The notes: generated by a model from the letters alone, not told the origin. A stretch of 64,000 nt of DNA from Thermoplasmata archaeon (GCA_021817605.1 JAKAUN010000002.1:3676-67675), one strand, 5' to 3'. Positions 21,301 through 30,046 are shown, counted from the stretch's first letter. Program-made: numbers and translations.

Positions 21301-22240
21301 TCCCGTAGGCGAGGCTGTTGGTGATGGTGTTGTGCAGGACCACTACGGCCGATTGAGCGATGCTCCCAAAACCGGAGGTCATGAGGGCGTAGACGATGCC
21401 GATGCCGTTCGTGTTGAGGGTGTTGGAGTTGATGTCGCACGCAGGCGCGCCTACGGCGCAGCCGGCGAGGATCCCCACGGACTGGGTGTCCTGGAACCAT
21501 GAGGAGTAGGTATTCGCACCGGAGGTCGTGGTCGTGTCCAGGGAGAATCCGCTCACCGTGCTGTTGGTGATCGCGACGGAGTTTCCGTAGACGACGATCC
21601 CGGTCTCGCCGGCGGTGCCTCCCGCACCAGGACCGACGACCGTGACCGCGTTCACGACGAAGGTGCCCGTGGGCTCGACCGCCGTGGCCGGGAATACGTT
21701 GCCGAGCTGAATCCCCAGAGCCGTCGTGCTTCCGGCGGCGAGCGTCACCGTCGAGCTTTCGATCGTCGCCGAGGAGGTGACGAGCGAAGGCGCCGCAAGG
21801 ATCCCGTCCGTGCTGCCGCTCGAGATCGTCACGAAATTCTGCACCGTGATGCCGTTCGCCTCGAGGCTGAGAGCCGCGAGGTCGGTGGGATACGCCGTCG
21901 CGTTGACCACGCACCCGGAGCCGTCCAGCATACTGTTGGCAAACGAATCAGAAAGGTTGCCCGAGAAGCCCTCGAGCACCGTCACCACCGAACCGTTGAC
22001 GGAGACCGCTGTCGGGTCGCTCGAGACCCCTCCGGCAGAGATGGTGACCGTCCCGAGACTACCGGCGGAGGGGCAGGCGGCCAAGGTGGAGAAGGCAGGC
22101 CCTCCCGGCGCCGATCCGACGGAGGACCCGAGGAAGGGGCCCGCGCCGGCAATCGTGGGGGCAAGGGCGAACCCCACCACCGCGAGGAGGCCGACCAGGG
22201 CCGCCCGGACCACCACGCGTCGAGGGGCGCTCATAGCCAC
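18347..22240 (-). CDS. Large secreted/cell-surface protein (1297 aa): signal peptide, two tandem right-handed beta-helix modules each followed by a beta-sandwich domain, further beta-sandwich repeats, C-terminal membrane anchor
   Basis: N-terminal signal MAMSAPRRVVVRAALVGLLAVVGFALAPTIAGA. Dozens of N-x-S/T sequons. Gly/Thr/Ser/Asn/Val-rich beta-helix-like repeats with conserved TIESSTVTL, FPAT(A/S)VEPTGTF, ASCxAS..PTAS(V/I)EATDCFN. C-terminal hydrophobic stretch LALPAAAALATTLLLAAAGA followed by a charged tail. Confidence 0.75.
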   Translation of the reverse strand: MAMSAPRRVVVRAALVGLLAVVGFALAPTIAGAGPFLGSSVGSAPGGPAFSTLAACPSAGSLGTVTISAGGVSSDPTAVSVNGSVVTVLEGFSGNLSDSFANSMLDGSGCVVNATAYPTDLAALSLEANGITVQNFVTISSGSTDGILAAPSLVTSSATIESSTVTLAAGSTTALGIQLGNVFPATAVEPTGTFVVNAVTVVGPGAGGTAGETGIVVYGNSVAITNSTVSGFSLDTTTTSGANTYSSWFQDTQSVGILAGCAVGAPACDINSNTLNTNGIGIVYALMTSGFGSIAQSAVVVLHNTITNSLAYGMVLEPTGAAGVSLVESNTFASAPSGAPGAYLIGGTFSLTGNVFLGTNTTGTNGALQGQASCVASTIPTASVEATDCFNPATEVTLNANIFAQTNAPDWTATFPTYPATSFQRGGEHVTWSESGLTPGLDWSVTMNGTTANVPAPASIVGDLQNGSFSYGIGAIGGWYENTLITPGVGSVSGSAVVEPVLVFVHAAPGQLVLSSSGIPTNASLVSVAGTVATLRSSFAGNVTDYWADSTLNGASFTINTTGYPSDGNSIGVQANGVTVKDATTLGTGAVNGIIVAPALTSATIESSTVTLGAGGAGPGGPVGIEAGDIFPATSVEPTGTFSVIGNTVLGPGAADTAASEGGIIVWGSSVTVSGNTVRGFSFETGGSYFTQTQSSAIWAGCAPGALTCNIEANHVGSSSVGILYAMYTSSYAGIAGAPATIDGNTVTDSLAYGIVTEPQGTGITTVDANVVNNAASGAPGIFLIGTAQMAAHNVLIGTSTSGSNGASQSAASCAASVVPTASIEATDCFNGLTTITLQENVFAGTSVYWSKAYAVTNSSLLAGELATFTETGLPNGTNWSLSIGHAFGTPPGTVTATAPAPDAMVMDAQNISYNFTIPFVPGFAASLYGGQFSISGSPVNIPIVFTASLGHTLRFRELHLPAGALWSVDVLGIVRSDTTVTTGTGSTGSVSFSEAAGALVYNISGPAGWGVARIAGPGSPNQTYGTPTYSLSGVATWTVIFGHLQTVTFNQSSLAKFQKYAGSTWGVDLTPAFPHGGPAGQSKTSTGTSISFSLPTGAAFHFAIAGPGAEYKVLPAKGGFHVPKHALTKVVKFRLLTEAIVFREKGLQAGATWTVTIATGSTPALTFPTTLSKLAGKGVIRFLLPIGNYTYTVGVANTQAPTPASGTIAVLHAPSPRQLVNVTMNPPALPRLPSALSVGGPVGGAGLALPAAAALATTLLLAAAGASRSGAALGGQTAGDEDRPTDAACADRKEVP
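19370..22009 (-). repeat. Intragenic tandem duplication: two ~440-aa modules (about aa 78-517 and 518-957) of the surface protein
   Basis: Manual alignment of the two halves shows colinear conserved blocks, estimated ~45-55% identity. Examples: GNLSDSF.../GNVTDYW..., TIESSTVTL in both, GFSLDT/GFSFET, TDCFNPATEVTLNANIFAQ/TDCFNGLTTITLQENVFAG, VTWSESGLTPGLDWSVTM/ATFTETGLPNGTNWSLSI. Module boundaries are approximate. Confidence 0.6.
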
Positions 22241-22419
22241 CCCTCGCTTAGGTCGACCCGTTCGAACCGCGCAGAACCGCTTCGGGATTCGGGAGCAAAC
22301 ACCATCTCCGCTACCTTACCTTAGATTTGAGAGGGTCAGCTGAATAAATACCAGTTGCCCCCCGGGCCAAGGACCGGCGGTCGGCGTCCGCTTTTCGGCC
22401 CTCGGGAAGCAACAACGCC

Positions 22420-22425
22420 TAAATA
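22420..22425 (+). promoter_or_regulatory. TATA box (cCTAAATAgg) for the EF-1alpha operon
   Basis: About 36-41 nt upstream of ATG 22461. Sits in the AT-rich 220-nt divergent intergenic region. Confidence 0.45.
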
Positions 22426-22460
22426 GGGGTGATTTGTCGGCGCGCCCGGAGCGCAAATCC

Positions 22461-23738
22461 ATGGCACAGAAGCCCCACCTCAACATCGTGTTCATTGGCC
22501 ACGTCGACCACGGGAAGTCCACGACCGTCGGCCGGCTGCTCCTGGATACCGGCTACATCCGCCAGGAGGAGATCGACAAGTTCCGCGCCGAGGCCGAGGC
22601 GAAGGGCAAGGCGACGTTCGAGTTCGCCTGGGTGATGGACGAGCTCAAGGAGGAGCGCGAGCGCGGTGTGACGATCGACATCGCCCACCGACGGTTTGAC
22701 ACCCAGAAGTACTACTTCACCATCATCGACGCCCCCGGCCACCGCGATTTCGTCAAGAACATGATCACGGGGACGAGCCAGGCCGATGCGGCGGTCCTCG
22801 TCTGCTCCGCGGCCGAAGGGATCCAGGAGCAGACCCGCGAGCACATCTTCCTCTCCCGTACGCTCGGGGTAGCCCAGCTCATCTGCGCCGTCAACAAGAT
22901 GGACCGCCAGGAGGTCGCCTACTCCGAGGCGAAGTACGAGACGATCAAGGAAGAGCTCACCAAGCTGCTCAAGAACGTCGGCTTCAAGGTCGACCAGCAG
23001 GTGACGTTCGTCCCGATCTCGGCGTTCAAGGACGACAACATCAACAAGGCGAGCCCCAACATGTCCTGGTTCAAGGGCCCGACCCTGCTCCAGGCGCTCG
23101 ACGCGCTCAAGGTCCCCGAGAAGCCTACCGATAAGCCTCTCCGCCTCCCCGTCCAGGACGTCTACACGATCACCGGGATCGGAACGGTCCCCGTGGGCCG
23201 GGTCGAGACCGGGAAGCTCAAGCTCGGCGACAAGATCACCTTCATGCCCAGCGGCAAGACCGGCGAGGTGAAGACCATCGAGATGCACCACGAGGCGGTC
23301 CCCGAGGCGATCCCGGGCGACAACATCGGCTTCAACGTCCGCGGGATCGACAAGAACGACATCCGCCGCGGGGACGTCGCCGGGCCGGCCTCCAACGCCC
23401 CGACGGTCGTGGAGAGCTTCATCGCCAACATCCAGGTGCTCAACCACCCGAGCGTGATCACGGTGGGCTACACACCGGTGTTCCACTGCCACACGGCGCA
23501 GGTCGCCTGCGAATTCACCGAGCTCCAGAAGCGACTCGACCCGAAGACCGGGCAGGTCGCCGAGGAGAACCCCCAGACCTTGAAGACGGGGGACGCGGCG
23601 GTGGTGAAGATCACCCCGAAGCGCCCGCTGGTCCTCGAGAAGTACAAGGAGTTCCCCCAGCTCGGCCGTTTCGCCGTGCGCGACATGGGCCAGACCGTCG
23701 CCGCCGGCGTCGTCGTCGACGTCAAGAAGCGCGCCTAG
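22461..23738 (+). CDS. tuf: Translation elongation factor 1-alpha
   Basis: [27 protein letters not shown]..., [12 protein letters not shown]. Full length 425 aa. Confidence 0.95.
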   Translation: MAQKPHLNIVFIGHVDHGKSTTVGRLLLDTGYIRQEEIDKFRAEAEAKGKATFEFAWVMDELKEERERGVTIDIAHRRFDTQKYYFTIIDAPGHRDFVKNMITGTSQADAAVLVCSAAEGIQEQTREHIFLSRTLGVAQLICAVNKMDRQEVAYSEAKYETIKEELTKLLKNVGFKVDQQVTFVPISAFKDDNINKASPNMSWFKGPTLLQALDALKVPEKPTDKPLRLPVQDVYTITGIGTVPVGRVETGKLKLGDKITFMPSGKTGEVKTIEMHHEAVPEAIPGDNIGFNVRGIDKNDIRRGDVAGPASNAPTVVESFIANIQVLNHPSVITVGYTPVFHCHTAQVACEFTELQKRLDPKTGQVAEENPQTLKTGDAAVVKITPKRPLVLEKYKEFPQLGRFAVRDMGQTVAAGVVVDVKKRA

Positions 23739-23781
23739 GCCCCGGGCACACGCACCGGGGCTTGGGAGGGGGAGGGCGTCG

Positions 23782-24093
23782 GTGGTGCAGAGGGCTCGGA
23801 TCTCGCTCAGCGGGATCGACGCCGGCAAGGTCGACTCGATCTGCAAGCAGATCCGGGAGATCTCCCAGAAGACCGGTGTCGCGATCGCGGGGCCGATCCC
23901 CCTTCCGACCAAGAAGCTCAAGGTCCCCGTGCGCAAGGGCCCGGACGGTGGCGGCACGAGCACCATCGACCACTGGGAGATGCGCATCCACAAGCGCCTC
24001 ATCGACATCGACGCGGACGAGCGGGCGCTTCGCCAGGTGATGCGCATCCAGGTTCCCGACGGCGTCAACATCGAGATCGTCCTCACGGGGTAG
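23782..24093 (+). CDS. rps10: 30S ribosomal protein S10 (uS10)
   Basis: ...[61 protein letters not shown] matches archaeal uS10 nearly residue for residue. Confidence 0.92.
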   Translation: MVQRARISLSGIDAGKVDSICKQIREISQKTGVAIAGPIPLPTKKLKVPVRKGPDGGGTSTIDHWEMRIHKRLIDIDADERALRQVMRIQVPDGVNIEIVLTG

Positions 24094-24097
24094 GGGC

Positions 24098-24724
24098 GTG
24101 CTCGCCCCCGGGGCCGGTCGCTTTCTTCTGCCGGTCGCCCTGCTCCTTTTCCTCGACCTCGTTCTCCTCCTCCTCGGAACCCCGCCTCTCGGAGCGGCGG
24201 GCTTCGGGCTCGCGGCGGTCCTTGTCGGTCTTTTCGGCTTCTTCGCCGTCTTCTTCCGCGATCCCGAGCGGAGGGTCGGGGAGGGGATCGTTTCCGCCGC
24301 GGACGGCCGCATTCGGGCCGTCGAGCGGCTCGGGGAGCGCTGGCTCGTCTCGGTGTTCATGAACGTCACCGACGTTCACGTGAATCGCCTCCCCTTCGAT
24401 GCGACGGTCGAGGCGATCGACGCTCTGGGCGAGGGGTTCCGCCCCGCCTACCGCCACGACGCGGAGGCGAACGTTAAGCGTCGCTACCGGCTCGCCACGT
24501 CGCTCGGCACGGTGGAGGTCGTCCAGATCACCGGGATCCTGGCGCGTCGCCTGGTCCCGTTCGTCCGGGTCGGGGACTCCGTGGCGAAGGGAGCGCGGCT
24601 CGGCATGATCGTGCTCGGCTCGCGGGTGGACGTGCTGCTGCCGGCGGAGAGGACCGAGCCGACGGTCCGTGTCGGGGACCGGGTCGTCGCGGGGGTCACC
24701 ACGATCGCGAGGGTCCGGCCGTGA
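24098..24724 (+). CDS. psd: Archaetidylserine (phosphatidylserine) decarboxylase proenzyme, small archaeal type
   Basis: N-terminal TM segment. LGSRVD (G-S-x pyruvoyl-forming motif) near the C-terminus. 208 aa. Immediately upstream of pssA with a 4-nt overlap. Confidence 0.7.
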   Translation: MLAPGAGRFLLPVALLLFLDLVLLLLGTPPLGAAGFGLAAVLVGLFGFFAVFFRDPERRVGEGIVSAADGRIRAVERLGERWLVSVFMNVTDVHVNRLPFDATVEAIDALGEGFRPAYRHDAEANVKRRYRLATSLGTVEVVQITGILARRLVPFVRVGDSVAKGARLGMIVLGSRVDVLLPAERTEPTVRVGDRVVAGVTTIARVRP

Positions 24725-25464
24725 CGGACCGCTGGCGTGTCGGCGCGAACCTCGCCACCCTCGGCAACGGCCTTCTCGGAGTCGGCGCGGTCCTCTACAC
24801 GGTCGCGGGCAACAAGCTCTGGGCGATGCTCCTCATCACCCTCGCCATCGGGCTCGACGGACTGGACGGGCTGCTCTCCCGCCGGAGCGGCTCTGCGCCC
24901 GGGGCGTTCGGGCGCATCGCCGACTCGGCGGCGGACGCCGTCTCCTTCGGGGTCGCTCCCGCCGTCCTGGTCGCTGTGCACACCTCGGAGGTCGGCCTCT
25001 GGGCCCCGTACGCGACGCTGACGCTCCTCGCGGCCCTCGTCTACCTCGGCGCCGCCGTCGCGCGGTTGGCCTACTTCACCGCCCGAGCCCACGCGCTCCC
25101 GCACTTCCTCGGCATCCCGAGCCCCCAGGCGGCCCTCGCGGTGATCGTGACGGGGCTGTTCCTCGACACGCCGGCGCTCGCCCGGGTGGACCCGGCCGTC
25201 ACGGTCGCCGTCGTGCTCGCCATCGCCGTCCTCATGCTCGTGCCCGTGCCCTATCCGAAGATCCGGCGCGGGAGCCCGCTGCGCTGGCCGATGGCGACGA
25301 CCGCCGCCTTCGGGGCCCTCGCGCTCGTCCCCCTCCAGTTCCGCCTCGGCCGAGGGAGCCCGCTCTACGACCTCGCCTCCGCGGGGGCCTGGGGGCTCCT
25401 GGTCGGGGTGGCCGCCTATTACCTCGTGGGACCGTTCACGCTGGGTCGGCGAAAGGAGGGCTAG
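24721..25464 (+). CDS. pssA: CDP-alcohol phosphatidyltransferase, archaetidylserine synthase
   Basis: DG-x2-AR-x8-G-x3-D-x3-D signature: GLDGLDGLLSRRSGSAPGAFGRIADSAADAV. Multi-TM protein. Confidence 0.75.
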   Translation: MTDRWRVGANLATLGNGLLGVGAVLYTVAGNKLWAMLLITLAIGLDGLDGLLSRRSGSAPGAFGRIADSAADAVSFGVAPAVLVAVHTSEVGLWAPYATLTLLAALVYLGAAVARLAYFTARAHALPHFLGIPSPQAALAVIVTGLFLDTPALARVDPAVTVAVVLAIAVLMLVPVPYPKIRRGSPLRWPMATTAAFGALALVPLQFRLGRGSPLYDLASAGAWGLLVGVAAYYLVGPFTLGRRKEG

Positions 25465-25467
25465 CAG

Positions 25468-25929
25468 GTGCGGTCGGCACGCTCGTTCCATCGGGCCCGG
25501 CTCAGCGGCCGGGAGGCGCTGCTCTTCGAGGCCGGCATCAAGCTCGGCGGGATCTTCCACCAGTACCTGGGGATCCCGGTGAGCCGCCGGACCTCCCGAG
25601 CGCTCTCCCGCTCGGTCGAGGCGGCGGTCGGCCTCCAGCCGTTCGTCACCCGCGTGCGCGTGACGATCGACCCCTCCCGCGGCGGTCGGCTCGGGCGGCC
25701 GCCGTTCGACTACCGTTACCTGACCGCGGAGATGCTCAGCGCCAAGGTCGAGCTCTCGGACGGCCCCTGGAAGGTCGTCGCGCGCCTCGGCTACCGGGCC
25801 GATCTCCGCTACCCGCTCATGCGCGTCGAGCGGCTCAGTGTCCTCGAGCGCGACCGGCCTAGCGCCGGTCGGCGATCGGCACGTAGGGAAGGTCGGTCGG
25901 GCCGACGTACTTCGCCGTCGGCCGGATGA
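25468..25929 (+). CDS. Conserved archaeal protein, possibly dihydroneopterin aldolase MptD family; low-complexity Arg-rich C-terminal tail
   Basis: Motifs EAGIKLGGIFHQYLGIPVS and DLRYPLM resemble the MptD family; this rests on recollection of the family and is not verified. The last ~30 codons overlap the convergent citrate synthase by 71 nt. Confidence 0.4.
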   Translation: MRSARSFHRARLSGREALLFEAGIKLGGIFHQYLGIPVSRRTSRALSRSVEAAVGLQPFVTRVRVTIDPSRGGRLGRPPFDYRYLTAEMLSAKVELSDGPWKVVARLGYRADLRYPLMRVERLSVLERDRPSAGRRSARREGRSGRRTSPSAG

Positions 25930-26983
25930 GGCGGAGGTCCTCGTACTCCTCGAGGACGTGGGCGGTCCACCCCACGACGCGGCTCGCCGCGAAGATCGGG
26001 GTGAACAGGTCGTGGGGGATGCCGAGGAGCGTGTACATCGACCCCGAATAGAGGTCGACATTGGGGTAGAGGCCTTTTTCCCGGTGGACGACCGCCTCGA
26101 CCTGGCGCAACAGCTCGTAGTAACGGAGCTCGTTCTTCGCCTCCCCGACCCGCCGCGACCACTCCCTCAGGATCGTGGCACGGGGGTCCTCCACCTTGTA
26201 GACGCGGTGGCCGAAACCCATGATCCGCTCGTGGCGGGAGAGCTTGCCCGTGACGACCTCCTCGGCGCGCTCGGGGTTCCCGATCTCCGCGAGCAGTTCC
26301 ATGACCCTCTCGTTCGCGCCCCCATGGAGCGGCCCCTTGAGGGTCCCGACGGCGCTGGTGATCGAGCTGTAGAGGTCCGAGAGGGTCGACGCGGTCACGC
26401 GCGCGGAGAAGGTCGATGCGTTGAGCTCGTGGTCGGCGTGGAGGATGAGCGCCACGTCCAGCGCCCGTGCCTCGAGCTCGGTGGGCTCGCGGTCGAGCAG
26501 GGCGTAGAGGAGGTAAGCGGCGGCGGAGAGGCCGGGGCGGGCTTCGGGCGGTTTCCCTCCGTTGCGCCGCCGGTGGAAGCGGCCGAGGATGGTGGGGAGG
26601 GCGGCGGTCAGCCGCTGGGCCCCGCCGATCGACGTCGGTCCCGGTCGGGTCTCCTCCGGCTCGACCAGGGCGAGGGCGCTTACGGCCGTCCTCAGGATGT
26701 CCATCGGATGGGCGGAGAGCGGCAGCTCGTCGATCTCCCGGGCGAGCGCCGGCGGGAGCTCGCGCAACGGGACGAGACGGGAGGTGAGCTCGTCCAGCTG
26801 GGACGCCGTAGGTAGGCGGCCGTACCAGAGGAGGTAGGCGACCTCCTCGAAGGTCGAACGCTCCGCGAGTTCGCGGATGTCGTAGCCTCGGTAGATGAGA
26901 CGTCCTTTCTGGCCGTCGATGAAACAGATCCGCGACTCGAGCGCGACCACGTCCTCCAAGCCCCGCTGGATCTCCGCCGCCAC
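25859..26983 (-). CDS. gltA: Citrate synthase
   Basis: GFGHRVYK catalytic-His motif, LHADHE. 374 aa. Confidence 0.9.
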   Translation of the reverse strand: MAAEIQRGLEDVVALESRICFIDGQKGRLIYRGYDIRELAERSTFEEVAYLLWYGRLPTASQLDELTSRLVPLRELPPALAREIDELPLSAHPMDILRTAVSALALVEPEETRPGPTSIGGAQRLTAALPTILGRFHRRRNGGKPPEARPGLSAAAYLLYALLDREPTELEARALDVALILHADHELNASTFSARVTASTLSDLYSSITSAVGTLKGPLHGGANERVMELLAEIGNPERAEEVVTGKLSRHERIMGFGHRVYKVEDPRATILREWSRRVGEAKNELRYYELLRQVEAVVHREKGLYPNVDLYSGSMYTLLGIPHDLFTPIFAASRVVGWTAHVLEEYEDLRLIRPTAKYVGPTDLPYVPIADRR

Positions 26984-27023
26984 GTTCCTCTACCCCTGCG
27001 CCCCGGCGTGAGGGGCGGGGGAG

Positions 27024-28412
27024 TTAATGGGGTTTCGCGGCCGGCGGCGGCTCCGGGCCCTGCGGCACGACGGCCGCGGACGAGGCGGCCGGACGTCGCC
27101 GCTCGTAGGCCAGGCTCGCCGCCGCCCAGATCGGCAAGGAGGCGAGCAGGAGCCCTCCCGAGACGAAGAAGACGAGACGGAAACTGCCGACGAGGGCGAG
27201 GGCCCAGGAGAGCGCCGCGCCGGCGACCGCCGCGGCGCCTCCGAAGGCGCTGTTGAGCCCGAGCAGGCTCCCCGGGTCGCGTCGCTGGAGCCCACGGAAC
27301 AGCATGAGGGAGCTGCCCGTCGTGTAGACGGCGATCGCACCGCCCAGGAGCGCGTAAACGAGCACGTTGGCGAGCAGGGCGTCCCGCCGGCCGAAGGCGA
27401 GCAGGGCGAAGCCGCCGGTGACCAGGTAGCCGAGCCCGCGGACGTAGGTCGCCCGCCGGACGAGGCGGTCGGCGCCGATGCGGTTGGCGAGCGGTCCCGT
27501 GACCGGGAAGACGAGCGTCTGGGTGAAGTTGTTGGTGAGGTTCACGAGGAAGATCGACGCGGGGACCAGCCCCGAGACGACGAGGAACGGCGTGTAGGAG
27601 ATGTTGAAGAGGTTGGCCGCGAGGGTGAAGAGGAACGAGCTGATCATGATGAGCGGGAGCTCGTGGTGGAGCTCCTCGCGTCCCCAGTGCGTCAGGCGGC
27701 CCAGCGGCCGAGGCCGGAGGTGCGGGCGTCGGGGGAAGAACGGGACGGCGTTCTGCAGCGGTCCGATGGGACGGATCCGGGAGAAGAGGCTCTCGGTGTG
27801 CCGGGCGACCTGGCGGGTCGTGAGCGAGCGGGAGGCCTCCGTGATCCCGAACCCGAGGGCGAAGGCGCTCGTGAGGGCGAGGGCCGAGAGGACGTAGAGC
27901 AACTCCCCGAGCGCGCCGTTCCCCAGGGTCCAGAAATACCCGATCAGGAGGCCGACGATCGAACCGACCATGCTCATCTCCTGGAAGGAGGCAAAAGCGA
28001 CGGCCCGCTCTCCCTCCGGGAACTTCTCCAGGATGAGGAGGTTCGAGGCGCTCGCCCCGGCCGGAGCGAGCACGCCGACGACCCCGTAGGCGACCAGCAG
28101 CTCGGTAAAGGAGCCCACGTGGGCGAGGAGGAGGTAGATCCCCGCGTAACCGGCGTAGTTGATGACGAGGAACAGGCGCCGCCGGGGGTAGACGTCCGAG
28201 AAGTGCCCCCAGAGCACCGAGGAGAGGGTGACGGACGCGTTGAACAGCGTCGCGGCCACCGCGACATCCGTCCACGAGCCGTGAAGCGGGAAGAGGATGA
28301 GGAGCGGGAGCGCGACCCCGAAGCCGGCGGTCGCGGAGTTGATCGGAACGAATCCCAGCAGCCAGGGCCGGGCGACCAGGCGGCCGGACCAGGTCCGAAA
28401 CGGGGCGACCAT
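27024..28412 (-). CDS. MFS transporter
   Basis: 12 predicted TM helices, 462 aa. Substrate unknown. Confidence 0.7.
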   Translation of the reverse strand: MVAPFRTWSGRLVARPWLLGFVPINSATAGFGVALPLLILFPLHGSWTDVAVAATLFNASVTLSSVLWGHFSDVYPRRRLFLVINYAGYAGIYLLLAHVGSFTELLVAYGVVGVLAPAGASASNLLILEKFPEGERAVAFASFQEMSMVGSIVGLLIGYFWTLGNGALGELLYVLSALALTSAFALGFGITEASRSLTTRQVARHTESLFSRIRPIGPLQNAVPFFPRRPHLRPRPLGRLTHWGREELHHELPLIMISSFLFTLAANLFNISYTPFLVVSGLVPASIFLVNLTNNFTQTLVFPVTGPLANRIGADRLVRRATYVRGLGYLVTGGFALLAFGRRDALLANVLVYALLGGAIAVYTTGSSLMLFRGLQRRDPGSLLGLNSAFGGAAAVAGAALSWALALVGSFRLVFFVSGGLLLASLPIWAAASLAYERRRPAASSAAVVPQGPEPPPAAKPH

Positions 28413-28499
28413 CGCTATGGCACGCCCCTAGACGACCCCCCTTTAAGGACGGTAGATTCCACGGGCGGTCCCGGTGGCGCCCTCACGCGCCGGCGGGAA

Positions 28500-28521
28500 A
28501 AGCGTGCTTTTCGACACGCTT
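28500..28521. promoter_or_regulatory. 7-bp inverted repeat AAGCGTG-(8 nt)-CACGCTT followed by TATTAG, in the divergent MFS/RAM-protein intergenic region
   Basis: Seen directly in the sequence. About 45 nt upstream of the GTG of the RAM-domain gene. Confidence 0.25.
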
Positions 28522-28565
28522 ATTAGCAAGGCACCTTCTCGCGCCCTCCGGCGGGTGCGCGACGG

Positions 28566-28799
28566 GTGGCGGTAGGATTCGTCCTCATCAGCACGGCCCC
28601 GGCCAAGGAGCACGAGGTTTACACCGAGCTCCTGCGCGTGAAGGGGATCGTGGAGCTTCATCCCCTCTTCGGGGAGTACGACCTCATCGCCAAGGTCGAG
28701 GCCGAGGATTTCAACGCCTTGGGCCAGCTCGTGGTCGACAAGATCCGCTCGGTGAGCGGAGTTATCGACACGAAGACTCTGACAGGTATCAAATTCTGA
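28566..28799 (+). CDS. Stand-alone RAM (Lrp/AsnC C-terminal) domain protein, 77 aa
   Basis: MAVGFVLISTAPAKEHEVYTELLRVKGIVELHPLFGEYDLIAKVEAEDFNALGQLVVDKIRSVSGVIDTKTL is the classic RAM domain without an HTH. Confidence 0.65.
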   Translation: MAVGFVLISTAPAKEHEVYTELLRVKGIVELHPLFGEYDLIAKVEAEDFNALGQLVVDKIRSVSGVIDTKTLTGIKF

Positions 28800-28800
28800 G

Positions 28801-29148
28801 GTGCAACGAACGATGTTTGATTGGGTGGGTACGTCGGCTCTGAATGTCGGTGCGTGGCAGTTCCTGGAGATCCTTCTCCTGGTCTTCTCGCTCTTCCTCA
28901 TCCTGGCGGGGGTCTTCACTGCCTACTTTGGGAGCGGGAAGAGCCGGACGGTCGGAGTGAGCCTCCTGGTCGCGGGTCTCGTGGTCGGGATCCTCTCGGG
29001 GTACTTCTACCACACCGGCCTGCTCAACGGCAGCTCGAGCGGCCACCTGGGCGACCTCATCTGGGAGGCGTTCCTCGTGATCGTCGCGGCGGTCATCGGC
29101 GCCCTCATCGCGGTCGGGATCTTCCTGGTCGCGATCATGAAGTCGTAG
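28801..29148 (+). CDS. Small integral membrane protein (3 TM), unknown function
   Basis: Hydrophobic segments LEILLLVFSLFLILAGVFTAYF, VSLLVAGLVVGILSGYFY, FLVIVAAVIGALIAVGIFLVAI. Start may be ATG 28813. Confidence 0.45.
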   Translation: MQRTMFDWVGTSALNVGAWQFLEILLLVFSLFLILAGVFTAYFGSGKSRTVGVSLLVAGLVVGILSGYFYHTGLLNGSSSGHLGDLIWEAFLVIVAAVIGALIAVGIFLVAIMKS

Positions 29149-29167
29149 TCCCGAGCTCCCGCGCGCC

Positions 29168-29989
29168 GTGCCGCGTCGCCACGGCGGGGTTTCCCGCCGG
29201 CGCCTCCCGCTCGTCACCCTGACGAGCGACGTGGGAGCGGAGTACGCCGCGCAGATGCGGGCCGTGCTCCTTGCCACCGTCCCCCCGGAGCGGGTCGTGG
29301 AGCTCACCCACGAGCTCCGCCCTCACGGGATCCTCGAGGCGGCGTTCCTCCTTCGGGCGATGGCGTCGGGGTTCCCGGCAGGGACGATCCATCTGGTCGT
29401 GGTCGACCCCGGTGTCGGGGGCCGAAGGGTCCCTCTGGTCGTGGAGTGTCGGGACGGCTCGCTCCTGGTCGGACCGGACAACGGGGTCCTCATGCCTCTC
29501 GCCGAGGAGCTGGGGCTCGCCCGGGCGTTCCGGATCGAGCGCTCCCGCTCCTGGCTGCCGACCCGGGTCGGCACGACCTTTGACGGCCGGGACCTCTTCG
29601 CCCCGGTCGCGGCGCGGCTCGCCCGAGGCCTGGCCCCGGAGCGGGCCGGCGCACCCACCGTGCCGGTGCCCTTCGCGATGCCCTCGCCCGAGCGGCGCTC
29701 CGGAGGAGCCCGGGGAGCCATCCTGCACTCCGACCACTTTGGCAACCTCATCACCAACGTGCCGACCGCCTGGATCCCGGCCGGGACGGTCGGTCTCCGC
29801 CTCCGCTTTGGGAGGTCGTCGCGCCGGCTCCCCTGGGTGACGAGCTACGAGGCCGGGGGAGCCGACAGGCTCGTGGCGCTGGGCTCGAGCTTCGGGACGG
29901 TCGAGCTCGCGGTCGCCGAGGGGTCGGCGGCCCGACGGCTCCGCCTCGCCGTGGGAGTGGGGGTCGAGCTCGCCTGGCGGGCCGGCTAA
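29168..29989 (+). CDS. SAM hydroxide adenosyltransferase (DUF62, fluorinase/chlorinase-like)
   Basis: N-terminal LVTLTSDVGAEY and the TFDGRDLFAPVAA block are conserved in DUF62. 273 aa. Confidence 0.7.
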   Translation: MPRRHGGVSRRRLPLVTLTSDVGAEYAAQMRAVLLATVPPERVVELTHELRPHGILEAAFLLRAMASGFPAGTIHLVVVDPGVGGRRVPLVVECRDGSLLVGPDNGVLMPLAEELGLARAFRIERSRSWLPTRVGTTFDGRDLFAPVAARLARGLAPERAGAPTVPVPFAMPSPERRSGGARGAILHSDHFGNLITNVPTAWIPAGTVGLRLRFGRSSRRLPWVTSYEAGGADRLVALGSSFGTVELAVAEGSAARRLRLAVGVGVELAWRAG

Positions 29990-30046
29990 TGCGTAAATAG
30001 CGCCCGTCGTAGCAGTACACGGGTTCCGACGAGTCGGCCCTCTCCG

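Noticed and set aside
25468-25929. Possible frameshift truncating the MptD-like gene
   Set aside because: The ORF is continuous and the conserved core is intact. The odd Arg-rich tail is explained by GC-driven stop scarcity, not by an indel I can see.
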